Positions 24,805-38,800 of a stretch of 64,000 nt of DNA are shown here, in pieces. The notes under the pieces were generated by a model that made no database searches, was not told the DNA's origin, and was given only the letters and a program-made list of their open reading frames with translations. The stretch covers positions 5,766,001 to 5,830,000 of the forward strand of contig NC_047080.1 of NCBI RefSeq assembly GCF_902459465.1, written 5' to 3'. Position 1 is the first letter of the stretch, and the number at the start of each line of letters is the position of its first letter. This stretch comes from Asterias rubens. Its lineage: Eukaryota. The position numbers were made by a program, and so were the translations under genes.

Positions 24805-27800
24805 ACTAACTGAATTCAATCAAATCATCACCAACTGACCCATGATTTTTCAATATGTTGATTTAATATTTCAATTGAGTTTACCAAAAAAAAAAAACAT
24901 TTCTTATGTTTAATGCTTTTTACACTTTTTACAATTTTCAAGGAAAAGTGAGGGGAAAAAATGGAAATAATATTTTGAGAAAATACAGAAAATATAACTT
25001 GAGTCAAATTTTAAACTAAAGACAAACTGTACTTAAACCCAAACGTTGAACAATCTAGAGAACTGAATTCATGTTTTCAAAATGTTGCATTTTGTTATAT
25101 TTTGAATTTCATATTAAAATGAAGTTGATTTGATTTAAATGCTTTCTTGCCTGTGATTATTGTTTGCTGATTTTGTTGTTGTGTCAATTCCTTTATTTAA
25201 ATCAATGGATCATGTTGAGTGTTTGGGTTGAATTATCACAGATTTTTGTTACTCAAATTTAAAGTTAAATTTAAAAAGCCACCCCCCCCCCCCCCCCACT
25301 TTTGAGAAAAACTTTATAATGGCAAAAACAAATTATTGGTGCTAGCTACAAACAACCCACACCTAAACTTTAACTGCCCTCCAGCTGATTTCATGAAATT
25401 CTAGGATTAATCCTATCTCGAGTGAAGCCAGGTTCATACTTCCTGCGAATGCATTGTGCGAATCTAATTTAATTCTTTGCGTCGTAATGGGAAATGGAGC
25501 GCATACCGATTGTTGCTTTACCAAAATTCGCAGGAAGTATGAACCAAACAAGCAACTTGCTCTAACTATTTAGGATGGGTTCAACTTGTCTTTATAAAAC
25601 TTGACTTGTCTTAATTTAGAAAGAGTTTGGTGAAATCGACGTCTACCTTCCCCATGTGCACCAAAACATCGACCCGCTTGAAAGCATCTCCTAACCCCCC
25701 CCCCCCCCCCCCCCACCACCAACCACCAAAATTACTGGTGAAGATCGAGAAGTGCTTTCTCCTCCCTCCTATGTTTACGTACGTGTGGTCAATCCAAAGG
25801 CCACGCCCCTTTCGAATAAATCTTTGGAAGAGGGCGCCCTTTCTTATGAATTTCACCAATTGGTGGCGCTATATACATGCACATGTTCCCGCGGTTATTC
25901 TTTTACCGTCCCGTTCATACACACACACTGCTGCTGACTGTCGTCACTAGTTTTGTGTATTGTAAAACTGGCATGACCGAGGTAGTCTACTTCTACTTCT
26001 CGTCTAATTCATGAGTTGCACATAAAGATTGAATTGCTAGCTTTTACCTACCTGACCATGCTGACTACTAAACAACGATGCCCTTTGCTCTGAATAATGT
26101 TAAGCTTTGCTGCAAATATTACAGGCTCTCCTTGATCATTTGACCAAACACTTGAGACTTATTATTTCCCAAACATGTCCCAATCACTTCACCAATAATC
26201 TCCAAGTGATCCACTTAAGGAGTTTCAACCTTGAAGGGGATCAACTTAGGTACTGGAAGCATGGTCCCAGGTCCCTGTTTCAAAAAAATTGCAAAGGGTT
26301 TTTGTATTTGTTTATTATAACAACGCTGGATGTACCTGTACATGTACTGCAGTTGCCATAAGGACCAGTTTAGCTTGTTATTTCACTATAGTCTGTCAGC
26401 TTTTTCACCAGTCAAAATTTCAAATGATATAGCAGGCCTTCAACTTCTGGGCACAACTTCTGGGCACATACATTTCCCTACTGGTTTATAAGGGCCACTT
26501 CTATGAGAACAATGTAAGTTTGTACTGGAACTTTGCAAGGGGCACCATGGCAATTGTTGTGGGTGTCGTCGGTTATTTGCAAGGCCTGAAACAGGCCAGG
26601 CCTGTATGCTTCCTCTTTTTTGGAAAGGGCAAGGGCAACAAAAAAGGCATTTCCTCCTTGATAAAGGGCACCCTATGAGTATGACGAAATCTAGAGCTTT
26701 TCAAGGGCACCAACACAATGAACGGGGGACATGGAGGCAATCGCCTCTGTTGCCTCCATGAAGTATCAGGCCTGAATAGGTATGCCAGCCTGACCCTCTT
26801 GGAGAGAGCTTTGACTGGTCCACAGGGCCAAATTTCATAAAGTCGTGAGCACACAAATTTGCTTAGCATGAAGTTTCTTTCTTGGTAAAAACAAGATTAC
26901 CAACGAAATTTGCATTGGTTGCGTATTGCTTGATACTGGCATTCAGCTATTTTTTGCTTATCCTGAAAATTACGTTGAAATTTGGTTGGCAATCTTGTTT
27001 TTATTAATGGAAGAAATTTCATGCTAAGCAAATTTGTGTGCTTACAGGCTTTATGAAATTGGGCACAGGTGTTTCAACTGGCATTTGGCCAGCGGCCAGC
27101 AGACAACTGGAGAAGGCTGTGAATAGCTTCGGTAAACATGGGTAAACACTGAGGCTAAAAATGGAATCTCTGCTGTTTGGAACACAATAGACTATGTACC
27201 ATTACTGATGTGTATTGTGTCTGTCTTGTTATGACACCCGTCTTAACCATTTAGCCACTGGACCGCCCAGCCACCTAAAGCGATACACTGTATTATGCGG
27301 TAGGAGGAAACCTCGCTATAGCTTTTGTTTGTAGAAAATAAGAAACATCAAAATAAAACTAGGTAGTCAATAGTATGCCTACGCATTGGTGAATCCATCT
27401 AGTTGTTTATAGATCATTATTCATTTTTCTCTTCACAGTTGACTTGACGAAGCTAATGATGATGAAATAATTTAGCACTTACCCAACAAAACGCTTATTA
27501 GTAAACACAAAGGAAACTGTATTTATCATTCACGGTGATATTGTCGAAAACTTATGCCTTCGCAAATAATCAGCATTGAGCCAGATAAAAGCCTTGACAA
27601 GCTATTGTATCCATTTTATCATTATACAAAAATAATCGCCATAAATATTACCGTAGGGGTTTTTAGTGTTCCCCAATGAGGACTTGTACAAATATTACCG
27701 AAAGGGTCAAAAATTGTGCGTTTAATTATAAATAATAAGCCTTGGCTATCTTTAAACAATTTGAACTACGATTTCAGTAAAGTTACTGCAAGAATCTTGA

Positions 27801-29974
27801 AAAGAAAAACAATTTTTTTTTGGCAAACTCGGGCGGTGCAGGGACTAGAGGGTTAAGATGGTTCACAAGTTGTTGTTCGTTTGTTTAGATGATCTTCCTG
27901 TCAAGGGAACTCAGGCAAACTTCCACAAGGGAATATAATCAAAAACGCCAAGCTGGCAACAGCCAGTCTCTCACATACAAACATTGGATTAAAGGGTTTG
28001 GGTGCCTTTTCAAAATGTCCATAGATTGACATTAAACTTACAGGGTTTGAAGATAATGATAGTAGAAAGCTTCCCTTCAAATATTACTTACTGAGGTGCT
28101 GTAGTTTTTTAGAAATGAGTAAAACAATGTCATGATAATACGTCTGTAAATGATTAAAATAATTTTTGTCTCATGAGACGAAAATTATTTTCATGACATT
28201 GTTTTCCTCATTTCCCAAAACTTACAGCACCTCAGCAAATAATATTTTCAGGGAAGCTTTCTACTATCATTATCTTCAAACTCAAGTGTAAATCTGTGGA
28301 CATTGTGTTTTAGGACAAATCAAGAAATTGTGATTACAAAAACTAGCTACAATTACAAGATTTATTTTATAATTGTAGTCTTTGTGATATTAGGGGTAGC
28401 TTGGTACTGTAGCAAGTTTTGAGTTGGGTGCTGCACTATTGTTTTTTTAATTTGACTAAATCAAGCACAGCCTGAATATGATGAACAACACTTGACTAGA
28501 GGAAATGAGGAACATGTGTTCCATACTTGTTGTGTGATATTTTCGTACAATGTACTTTTCACACAGGCGGGTTGTAATATTGTCTTTGATTAGCTGGATA
28601 GGTGACTGAAACATCAAATTTTGGCTAGCCTTCGCGAGCACTTAGCATTAGCCACAATGTACAATTATGGAAATGAAGGAAACAAGGGGTTCATTTGACT
28701 GGTCTTTGTAATTTTTGTTTGATATTTTCAGACAATGTACTTGCACACAGGCAAGTGGTAATATACTGTTTTTGATTAGCTGGGCAGGCGACTGAAACAG
28801 CAAGCTTTGACTAACAGCCTCTGCAAGCACTTTACACTGCCTGTGCAGTCGCTAATGTACCATCCTTGATTTAAGGAAATGAGGAACATGCGTTTCATTT
28901 GACTAGTCTTTGGAATTTTTGTGTAATATTTTCATACAATGTAGTTTCTACACTAAGTGCTTTGAAATACTGTCATTACTATTTGACTAGCCCGCTGCAC
29001 TCTTGTCATCAAGTCGGACTATTTCAAGTATTGTACAAGGCGACGATGTACACCCCTTGATCTAATCTTTGACGTAACGAGGAACGCGTGCTTCATATTT
29101 GATGAGGTTGATAATAATCTGCGAGTAGTGCAAAGCAGCAAGTGAATTTAACCATCCCATGTACATGGCATTGCTGCAGGGGAAGGGCATCGACGCACAC
29201 TTCCATCCATCACTGCATGTACGTAGATAATGGAAGATTATTCAGCTAATGGAACATCTACTTCAAACTAACACAGATTGATCAAATACTGTTAAAAATA
29301 CAAGACAATTGTAGCTTATAACTTCATGGAGAGCCGGGTCCTTGGTCTATGATAATAAGGACGCCCACGCTGACACAAGCATCAGATCTTGCGATCGTCT
29401 TCCTGTCACGACTATATTTGAAGAAGTGTGGTTTATAAATGTCACCATTTGGGAATGTTAGCTTCCTATCTTGAAACCTTTGTTTGCTTGGATTTGGATG
29501 TTGGAGATGGTGTGACGTAAGTCGTGGTTGCAATTAGTCAGTGTACTGATGTCATGTTGTATCCCATGTTGTTTTATGTAATGTTGGTGCCATTAAACAA
29601 TAATTATAATCATAGTTGTTTCAATATTTGTTTACACACACATTTTGATTAAAAAAAAAAAAATAAAAAAAAACTCAACCCAAATATGCTGAAGAACAGA
29701 GTAACACCGTAAATGAACCAGCGACTTTAGGTTTCAAAAGGTCTCCAACACATTCAGTATTTTTTGATGGCTTTTCCTAGCTTAAAAACAAACAACTTTT
29801 ACTTTGGAATGAATTCAATGATCTTGGCCAGCTGGGTATTTGGTCGTCTTCTCTTTTGTTGGATTGTTATATTTCTTTTTTATAAAAAACTGACTTTGAT
29901 TTTCTGTTGTTTTCTACCCACAGCGCACAATTTTTGACATTTCAGTTTCTAAATTGCCTGAACTTCATATACAT

Positions 29975-30074
29975 NNNNNNNNNNNNNNNNNNNNNNNNNN
30001 NNNNNNNNNNNNNNNNNNNNNNNNNNNNNNNNNNNNNNNNNNNNNNNNNNNNNNNNNNNNNNNNNNNNNNNNNN
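29975..30074. other. Scaffold gap (100 N)
   Basis: Run of exactly 100 N, typical of a gap of unknown size. Confidence 0.99.
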
Positions 30075-30409
30075 AGTTTGCAAATCACAGGTAAGTATTG
30101 GAGAATTCAGGCATTGAACTAGCCTTTTCTCAAGGCCTTTGTGGCTAAGACAAAAGCTGTGTAGCTACAAAGCATTGGGAAAGGGAGACCACATGCACCA
30201 GTGGAAAAACCACAAGGCATTTCCTAACTTAATTTTGAATTGTTGTTGTTGAGTTATTCATAAAGATTCAAACATAAATTGTTCACCCCAATTACAATGC
30301 TTGATAGGGTAATGTATGCGGACCACATTGCTGTTGTTGCCCTTGTATAGTTGTGAAATCAGAGTAAATGTATAAAGGTACTGACAGTTATGGCTGTGGA
30401 AGTGTTGTG

Positions 30410-30790
30410 GCTGAGCATCGAATTCAAACTCCGGTGTATCTGATCAACAGAGTGTGGGTTTGAATCCCCAGCTGTGACACTTGTGTCCTTAAAGCAAGAC
30501 ACATAACCATTGCTTCATCCTTCAGATGGGACGTAAAGCTGTTGGTCCCATGTGTTGTGTACACATGTAAAAGAACCCAGTACATTTATTGAAAAGAGAA
30601 GGGGTTTCGCCTTGGCGTTCCTGGCTGTGGCTGCCTCTATGCGCCTGAGCACCTTGTAAACCCTTATAAGGTGCTACATAATTGGTTCTCAGAATTCAAT
30701 AACCTATCTTTCTGAAAGTTTGTATATACTCAGCGCCTTGAGTACCTTGTTTGGCAGATACATGCGCTATATAAGACTTCAATATAATTA
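30410..30790 (+). mobile_element. tRNA-headed SINE with Deu/Nin-like core and L2-like tail (family D1)
   Basis: B box gtgggtttgaatcccc; core ggacgtaaagc..gttggtccc...taaaagaacccag...gaaaagagaagggg...ctgg; tail agcgccttgag...gcgctatataag followed by an AT-rich end. Reverse copies at ~6288-6700, 10470-10870, 54545-54935 and 58720-59015. Confidence 0.8.
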
Positions 30791-31857
30791 TGGCCACCAT
30801 GGTCTGGACTTCTTGGTAATGTAACAAGTGATTGAATTGTTTTTTGTTTAACAGTACCAGTTGAAGACAGGTTCCATGTGTTTCTTGAGAGGGTTTCAGT
30901 TGAAGCATGGATTGTTTACAGCAACATCTATTTGTCTAATGGCTGCTAGTCCGGCATTAGTGTATCTAGTCATCCAGAGAAACCCATCTAATGCAGCTAG
31001 TATCATCTCAATTGGAGCTTGTATTCTCCTGGAAATGATCTTCTTAAAGTAAGTGGAAGCAATACAGAAAGGTTTGTGGTAACACCATGAAATGACTATC
31101 TCTAATGAGTTGGGGTGGTTCTGAAAAGAACCGTTGGTTTCAACTCCTGCTAAGTGGAAGCAGTTTCAATCTTGGTTTTACCCATATACATTATACAGTT
31201 GTTGCACGCTGTGACAGGGTCCCTGGCGTTTTGTACACCCGAGGGGGCAAATGGCACCTGAGACGAAGCCAAGGGTGCCATTTGCAACCGAGGGCGTGCA
31301 AACCCATGCACCCCAATCACAGCGTGCAACAATTGTTTTGTTATACCTTGGTAACATTAGTATTCCTCTTCTCGAAGTTCTGTTATTATCTTCAAACATT
31401 GTTACGACGAAGTATTCATTGTTAAATAAGCAGACGAACAAGAAACAATTCCTCACTGTTCCCTCGAACCCGCCGGTGGTTCGTACCCAGCGCTGGAAAT
31501 CGACCAACGCTGGGAACGATCAAGGTGATGTACACCGGTGTACATAACTTTTTATGTTACCCGATCCCCGAGCCATGTAACATGCGTTTTTGTTGCACGT
31601 CACCGTGATTGGTTATCGACCAACTAAACTTCACAGTTTGTTATCGAGGTATAACAATATTTCTTGTTTGTTATTTCAGGGATGAGAAACCTTAGTTTTG
31701 ATCTGAATTTAGACCTTTTTATATCTACATGTTGAAGAAAGTAGCTGTTATTTTACTTTAGATATGGAATCTTGCGGTTTATGCTACTCTAGTGCTGAGG
31801 TTACTGTAATCTAGAAATCCATACGGATGGAAAACTTATCTGATCCAAGTGGACATT

Positions 31858-31950
31858 CAGAACTCAGTGTAAAGAACTCAGTGTACAGAACTCAGTGTAT
31901 AGAACTTGGTGTATAAGACTCGGTGAACAAGACTCAGTGAGCAAAACTCG
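31858..31950. repeat. 14-bp degenerate tandem repeat (agaactcagtgta-like), intronic; shorter mirror copy at ~53665-53725
   Basis: About 6-7 consecutive units of agaactcagtgt(a/g). Confidence 0.8.
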
Positions 31951-32431
31951 TAAACATACCAAGTCCAAACCAACTAATTTTTTCATACAAAAGTATTTTA
32001 ACATGTTATGATTTGCTGTTTTAGGTATCTTGGGATCAGCTGTTGCAATGCCTACAACAGAGCCAAAATATCATCGTTTCGGATCATGGGTTCTTTGGTC
32101 AACAATGGGCCTGTAACCATGGCAACTGTGTCTATGGACAGTAGCATCCCTTCTCAACCTCTTCCAGTGACATCTTCAGAGTCAGCAACCATGACGGTGG
32201 AACCCAAGATGGAACCAAGTGTCTCTGTTGTTTCTGTATCAGTAATATCAACGGAAACAACAGACGGCATAATGATTCATTCTAATACAATATAATTGTT
32301 TGTACTTAGTATACTATTTGTTAGGGAAAGGGTTGGATGGGATTGAGTTTCGCGTTGATCTTGGGTATACAACTTTGTAGAACTTTTTGGTTTGTGTCAC
32401 TTTACACACAAAAAACACCAGGTTACTTGAT

Positions 32432-32790
32432 TTAAAGGCACTTGACACTATTGGTAATTACTCAAAGTAATTGTTAGCATAAAAACTTACTTTGTAACAA
32501 GCATTGGAAAGCTGTGAGAAACGGCTACCTCTGAAGTACGTAGTTTTCGAGAAAGATGTAATTTTCCACTAAAATATTTGAACTTGATTTTGAGGTTCCT
32601 GAAATCAAGCATCTGAAAGCACACAACTTCCTGTGACAAGGGTGTTTTTTTTTCTTCCATTATTATCTTTCAACTTCCATGACCAATTGAGCTCAAATTT
32701 TCACAGGTTTGTTATTTTATGCGTATGTTGGAATACACCAAGTGAGAAAACTGGTCTTTGACAATCACCAAAGGTTTCCAGTGTCTTTAA
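32432..32790. mobile_element. MITE family A copy (mirror copy at 52822-53175)
   Basis: ttaaaggcacttgacac ... ttccagtgtctttaa. Confidence 0.85.
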
Positions 32791-35212
32791 GTTGGATCAA
32801 AGAATATGTTGAGTCAAACAATTTGTTTTGTTGGTTGAAAGACAACGTGTGTTTCATTTCTACATGACATTGGCAGTGAGTTAGAAAATCATGAACAAAC
32901 CATGCATTAAATTTAGATTAATATTGTAATCATTGAAAAAAAAAAAGTACTATGATGTAAACATACTAACTCTGAATTGTTATCTTCTCTATTGCCAAAT
33001 AAAGAATTTTTTGTATATTAAAATAAATCATACAAAGATTATACCATTAAAAGGGTAAAACATATTTAAAACTGGATGAATGTTTATTAATTTGTTTATT
33101 AATTTGTCAGATAACATTTTGTTACATGTAGTTGGCAAATACTTAACAAGTGGATTTGTGTATATACATTTTGATAAATTTTTGAATATGACGGTATATT
33201 ATATAAAAGAAATGAACTTGTAAAGAGATTATTTTACAACCCTATAATTTTTGTATTGTGATTATGTATTCTCAAAGATAAACTTAAGAAGCATGTATTG
33301 GTTTAACTTTCTGTCTTAAAGGGTCTGGGTACCTTTTGCAGGAAACAAACACAATGTCCACAGACTTAAATCCAATTCACACAGTGTGAAGATAATGATA
33401 GTAGAAAGCTTCCCTTCAAATATTACTTGCTGAGGTGCTGTAGTTTTGGAGAAATGAGTAAAACAAGTCACGAAAACAGTTTTCGTCTCGGAGCTTACAA
33501 TTATTTTAGCATTTTAATTGTATTTTCATTGTTGTACATTTAGTACTCATTCCTCAAAAACTACAGCACCTCAGCAAGTAATGTTTTAAGGGAAGCTTTC
33601 TTTTATCATAATCTTCAAGTGTAGTAAGTTTAATATTAATCTGTAAACATTGTGTTTTATGTTACAACAAGTACCCAAATTGGACTCTTGTTTCCTTATT
33701 TTGTTTTCAGGTAACTGGATGTTAAGTTGTTGTTTATGTTGTTGGATTGAATTGTTTGAGAATGAGTTTATTTGTACATTGTGTGAAGCAAGTTGTGGTG
33801 ATTATGGAGTCAAAAGTTTACTGCCAAATAATGCAAAACCTTAGTTCTACAATGTAGTAGACTTCTTGGCCGGATAGATTATATAAAAGTTATATTTAAT
33901 ACAGGGTTATTAGGAGGAAAGAGGTCTCTCTGTTCCAAAGAGAGTTTTGTGTATCATTGCCAACATTGAGCTAGTTATTGTTTGTTTTATTGCTTAGCAA
34001 GTTTGTTACTTATTTTCAGAATAAATTAGCATATGTAAACTGCTTTCCCCAAAGAACAGTAAAAACGCTCAATAAACTCTCTTTCTGTATATATTATTAG
34101 CCTTTAGTTTTTTGTTTTATAGCACTCCAGTTGACAAGAATGAAGTGAGCTTTTTATATATAACGAAGAATGCACACATAATGCAATAATTGTCAATAAT
34201 GTTTACACACCTTTATTTACTTTCCGTCAAAATATTTACTGATAAAAATGTTATTTACAGATGATTGTTATTTAATTATGATTAATGTGATTTACAACCT
34301 CTAACTGACTGTTTTGAATAATGATTGAACCTGTTAAAGCTAATACAATTTATGTAAAAGATTATGTTAAGAAAAGAATAAAACTATTATTGGAAAAGTA
34401 AGAGTGATTAAGTTTTGTGATTTGTGTTGCCACAGAAAGCTGGAACAATTTTACCTCAATGCAGGATTTATTTTGTATAATAAATAACTCATGTAGGCAA
34501 TATAAAAATCGCCCCCAAAAAACAAGTATGTAGAAGAACAGAACCCAACACTGACAGTAGAGTTAGGACTCATTAAGCCTGGAAAAGGAAAACAACAGCA
34601 GCGCTTTAAAAAAAAGGGGGGGGGGGCTATTTTATTATGTTAGCAGAGAGGTTATTTAGGTTTCTCCTCAGTTACACCAAGATTTATCCTCGCAACCTTA
34701 ATATACTTGCACTGTTATTCCCTAAATATTAAACGCTGATGGAACATTTTGGTTTTCGTAATGTTTTTATGAAACAAATTCATGACCATGGGCTGACCCA
34801 TCTGCCAAAACGGCCCATCTCTGAAATTACTTTCATATTATAAAGATCAATATTTATTTTATTTTTTTTCAAAACAAAATTTCAAAGGCTTATTATCATG
34901 TATTGACGTGAAACATGTCCTATGACATGACAACCAAAATGTACATGGGGCTATTCGCAATTTATTAACATGAAAAAGGGCGAGTCTTTACAACTTTGCA
35001 AAACTGAAGAGTAAGTAACAAATTCCCTAATGACAGTAGGAAGATTGTTCCAAATCATTGGTATTTGCCCAGCTTCACTGAAAGGTTTTTACATCGTTTT
35101 GTTGGCACTAACAGAATATCCTTGACTTGCTTGTCTCAATAATAAATTGTTTTTGAGTTCGGTTCTGTTGTTTTTGCATGCGCTGCTAAAAGTTTTTGGG
35201 TGTTTTAGTAAA

Positions 35213-35228
35213 TAGCGCCACCTTGTGG
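35213..35228 (-). promoter_or_regulatory. CTCF-like motif (CCACAAGGTGGCGCTA); mirror copy at 50385-50400 (+)
   Basis: Close match to the CCASYAGRKGGCRSY consensus; it lies between the RING-CH gene 3' end and the candidate downstream promoter. Confidence 0.5.
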
Positions 35229-35831
35229 TGTGAAGTGTCTACCACTTTTTGTAGTTTCGCAAGCGCGGTTTTCGCTGGTTTCTGGGTGTAGTTGTAATTG
35301 AAATAGCATTACAGTAGCAGGATACCATGCGACCAGAACAATCCAGGAAGTAATCTGTGTTTACCGTGTGCTTGCTATTGACATTTTTCACACTCACAAC
35401 ACAGTTAGATTTTGTACACGTCGAGTGGTGTTCACGAACAAAATAGCTAACAATCAACATAACCAATTGTGAAACCGAAACTGCAAAAGCTGTTGAAGAC
35501 ATCAGAAGCGAAAGTCTATCCCTCATTAATCAGTTCAGTGTTAATGTTCACGTTCTATGTCGAAGAGTTTGTCTAATCTCTCGCCGTCAGCTGGTTACGA
35601 AGTGGGTCAATGAATTGCGCCGTGACGAGTGAAATTCTACACGGGTGAAAGTAGTCATTTATCCCGCCAGCCTGCTGTCGTCTGATTGTGGTAGATTTAG
35701 TCTCACGGTCGGTGTAACCATTGCTCTATGATGTAAACTTGGTGGTTCTAACTGAATTACATGGCTTAACATCATCGTGTTCGGAGCCAGTAGAGTGAGG
35801 AGATTTGATTGACATTTTCTATGTTAACAAA

Positions 35832-35877
35832 ATGTCTTCCCCAGTGAAGATGGTGATGAAGATGAAAGATGGAGCTG
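35832..35877 (+). CDS. Candidate first coding exon of an unidentified gene (MSSPVKMVMKMKDGA-G); mirror copy at 49739-49784 (-)
   Basis: ATG in an aaaATG context and a strong donor G|gtgagt, downstream of a CpG-richer region (35240-35800). Downstream exons could not be assigned confidently. Confidence 0.35.
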
Positions 35878-38800
35878 GTGAGTAAAAATACATATTATTT
35901 TTGTTATTGAATTGAAAATGAAATTTGATTAATCCGAATGTGACATAGAAACGGGTGGAAGAGAATCCTCCTTAACAACATTGCTTCAAATATAACAATA
36001 AGTAATTATGGTTGCTATTTTTTGGGTACAAAAATATTGTATGATTGTAGTTTGTAAGCAAATCCCAGCACTACATGGTAGGAATTAACCCTGAAATATG
36101 AATGATGCGTCAACATTGTCATGATTGTGGGTTCTCATTAAAGCCTGTTCTAGATGAGGAACGGTGTGCAGTACGTCCAGTAGTGGACACTAACAACTTT
36201 TGGGACCGCTGTATAGAGTTTGATTTTGATCAGTTTTGTTGAAAAATTGTAAAAAGATCGGATGAAAGAAGAAGATAAGATGCAAAGGTATGGTTTGGTT
36301 TGACCTCGTTGGTACTGGTTTCTTTACTTTAATCCAATTAAGCCAGCAAATCAAAGATGTGTGTATGACGTACATGAGTTGCTGACATACATTGCCAGAT
36401 GAGGGATGAAAGAATTTTGTTGTTGTTACCACATCCCACACTAGCCAGGATAGGAGGAAAAAACACACATAGTTTCTAATTTGAAATTTTTATGTTTACT
36501 CTCTCGTCATGCTTGTACCGTGGGAGTTACTCTTAGAACTACATGTATGAGGTTCGTCCACTATCGTCTCCACTAACGATAGCGGAGACGATAGCAGAAC
36601 GAATCTCATAGTTCTAGGAGTACATGGGACTTATCATCTTTCCTGGTATTAGTGGTCCGATTCCCTTCAAGTTCAATGTTGTTGTGGGTTGAGGAACTTT
36701 TTGGGGGATAACATTTCTAGGTAAGCTGTGCATGCTCAGTGCCATTCCAGCATTATTTGTTTACTAGAAAAATAATTCTGGTGCCTGCCAAACAGTTGAT
36801 GTACATGTACTGCAAACAAGTAGCGAGGCACACACATTTGTGCTGCAGTTGAGTTACTCTGCATTGATTAATATTGGTCAAGGCTCACCGCACTAAAGGA
36901 GGTCATGAATACTGATGGTAACCCAACAATTTCCTTTCAACAAGGAAGTTGAAATATTTCTGTAAGCTTTGTCAGATTGTCATGTTTAAAACCAGTTATA
37001 AACATAGGAAGATCTAGTCACTGTAGTACGGAGGATTGATATTGATGTGAGGTGTAGACTTTGTCACATTGTGCTGCAGATGAAGTAAGGTTGTAGGGTT
37101 CGGTAATTCGGTTGTAGTGTCAAGAAGGAGCAGCTGTTTCCAGCTTACTTCCCAATCAACTTTGAATTTGTTATTCCTGAGGTCTCATAATGAATGAAGG
37201 TGATGTACAAAGAACTGATGAAAAGGATTGCACAAAATGGAAATTTTTTAGAAGATATGATTAGTAAAGTCTACATTTAACATAATTTTTGTTCCAACTA
37301 CTGTTAGTGATACATAACTGTTGTAAATTGTAAAGGAAATGACTAGAAAAACATCATTGATGTTAATTACTGATTTCATTTCTTTGATCTACATTCTACA
37401 AGGATAGTTGCCCATGCCAGTAATAATCCAGTAATTTTTGGAAATGTTATCTGGCTGATGTTTTATTCCTCATGCGTTCACTTTGTGTCCAAATTCCAAA
37501 TGATAGAATTATCTCTGTTACAGCATGGAGGAATGGTTACCTAGGTGACTCTATCACTTCAGACAAGGTCTTTTTCATTGAGTTAAAACCTCAGTAGTAA
37601 AGGGCATGGCAATATGAATCAGAGTGTCTTTTCTGCTGTGCTTAAAGTTACTTGTTAAATCCATTGGTTTTGTGGCAGGAGTCTTGCTATGTTCAGAAAC
37701 ATGCAGGCATACTGTACATCATTCAGCACACAATTTGTAAAAAAATCTGTGATGTCTGTAACTTGATACATTGACACGGATACACTTCTTTTTTACATCC
37801 TGTATACTACAAACCATAGTACGTAAACACTACATAAAATTTGATGTGTGTTATTCAACGACTCCAGCTCAAGGTTTGAAATTTTTGTGACTAGTATTTC
37901 TTTACTGGACCAGAATAAGAACAGAATCTAGGCCTATTACACAATGTAAGAAAAGGAACTTTGTACAAAGTCTTAGTTTCAACTTTCACTAGGAGCAGAT
38001 CTGATATTTTGGTATGCTTTGATATTCAACCAAATTAAAATGAAAGTCTTTATCAGACTCAAACTCAAAGTCAACATTTATACATTTTTACTTCTTCAAG
38101 GATATTTACACAGTGAGGTACATGTACAGTGGGTCTATTTTTCCCCAATTAGATTTAGCACAACAAGACAATCAGACTCGCAGTTCAGTCTTGAGTTTAC
38201 TGCCCCGATGCTAAAATCACTGGTCCCAGGCCCATGGTTCAGTGTGTAAGCATATTAGATCTGTATCCTGTATCTTTCTAGTGTCCACGACACACTGCAG
38301 AATAATTAGAATTGTATCAGAGAGGTTAGAAGTCCATCCCTGTTGACACAGAGTAAAATGTGGGATAGATTCTAGATAGTTTCTAAGTTGGTTTGAATGA
38401 GGTCACTTATTCCCCAGGTAGAAGTATTTATGGAATGTGCAAGGTGATTTAGACTCTACGATCAATAGTCCAATCTTTCATTCTGCACCTATGTCCCTTT
38501 GATGTTCATATTTTGCAATTTGACCTTTGAATGACTTTTCTACATGTATGTTTAAAAGTGTTTGTTTCATCACATTTAATTTTTGTTTCATCATTTTTAA
38601 AACTATTGTTTACCGAGTCAGTAATTTCAAAGGTAAATCTGTAGGCCTATATTTTTGTGATTTTTTCCCCCCAAATTTACACAGTTTTAATAAGACCAAA
38701 ATAGATGGTTTGCACTACGCGTCATCAACCGCCATATTGGATGAAATAGGCACGCATGCATGGCTATCATTGGCTAAGACTAGAGTGTAGTCGTACAAAT

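Larger units (their letters stand above)
30075..32295 (+). pseudogene. Inverted second copy of the last exons of the RING-CH gene (partial exon 30075-30090, exons 30855-31048 and 32025-32295), cut off by the gap; paralog, allele or assembly duplicate
   Basis: Reverse complement of 55261-53313. Frames are intact, with one amino-acid difference seen (TVEPK left vs TMEPK right). Confidence 0.75.

Noticed and set aside
27880-27990. Apparent paralogous exon (DDLPVKGT / DDLPVEGT) also at ~56140-56590
   Set aside because: Both follow a (TTTG)n-like tract and end quickly in stops; better explained as the reversed 3' end of a dispersed retro-repeat than as a gene.
29000-29540. GC-richer stretch resembling decayed coding or Penelope-like sequence
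   Set aside because: No recognisable motif in any frame; not supportable without a database search.
31671-31700. Acceptor-like ttatttcag at 31679 as the last exon of the RING-CH gene
   Set aside because: It gives a stop after 4 codons and is deleted in the right arm; the 32024 acceptor gives a 90-codon exon preserved in both arms.
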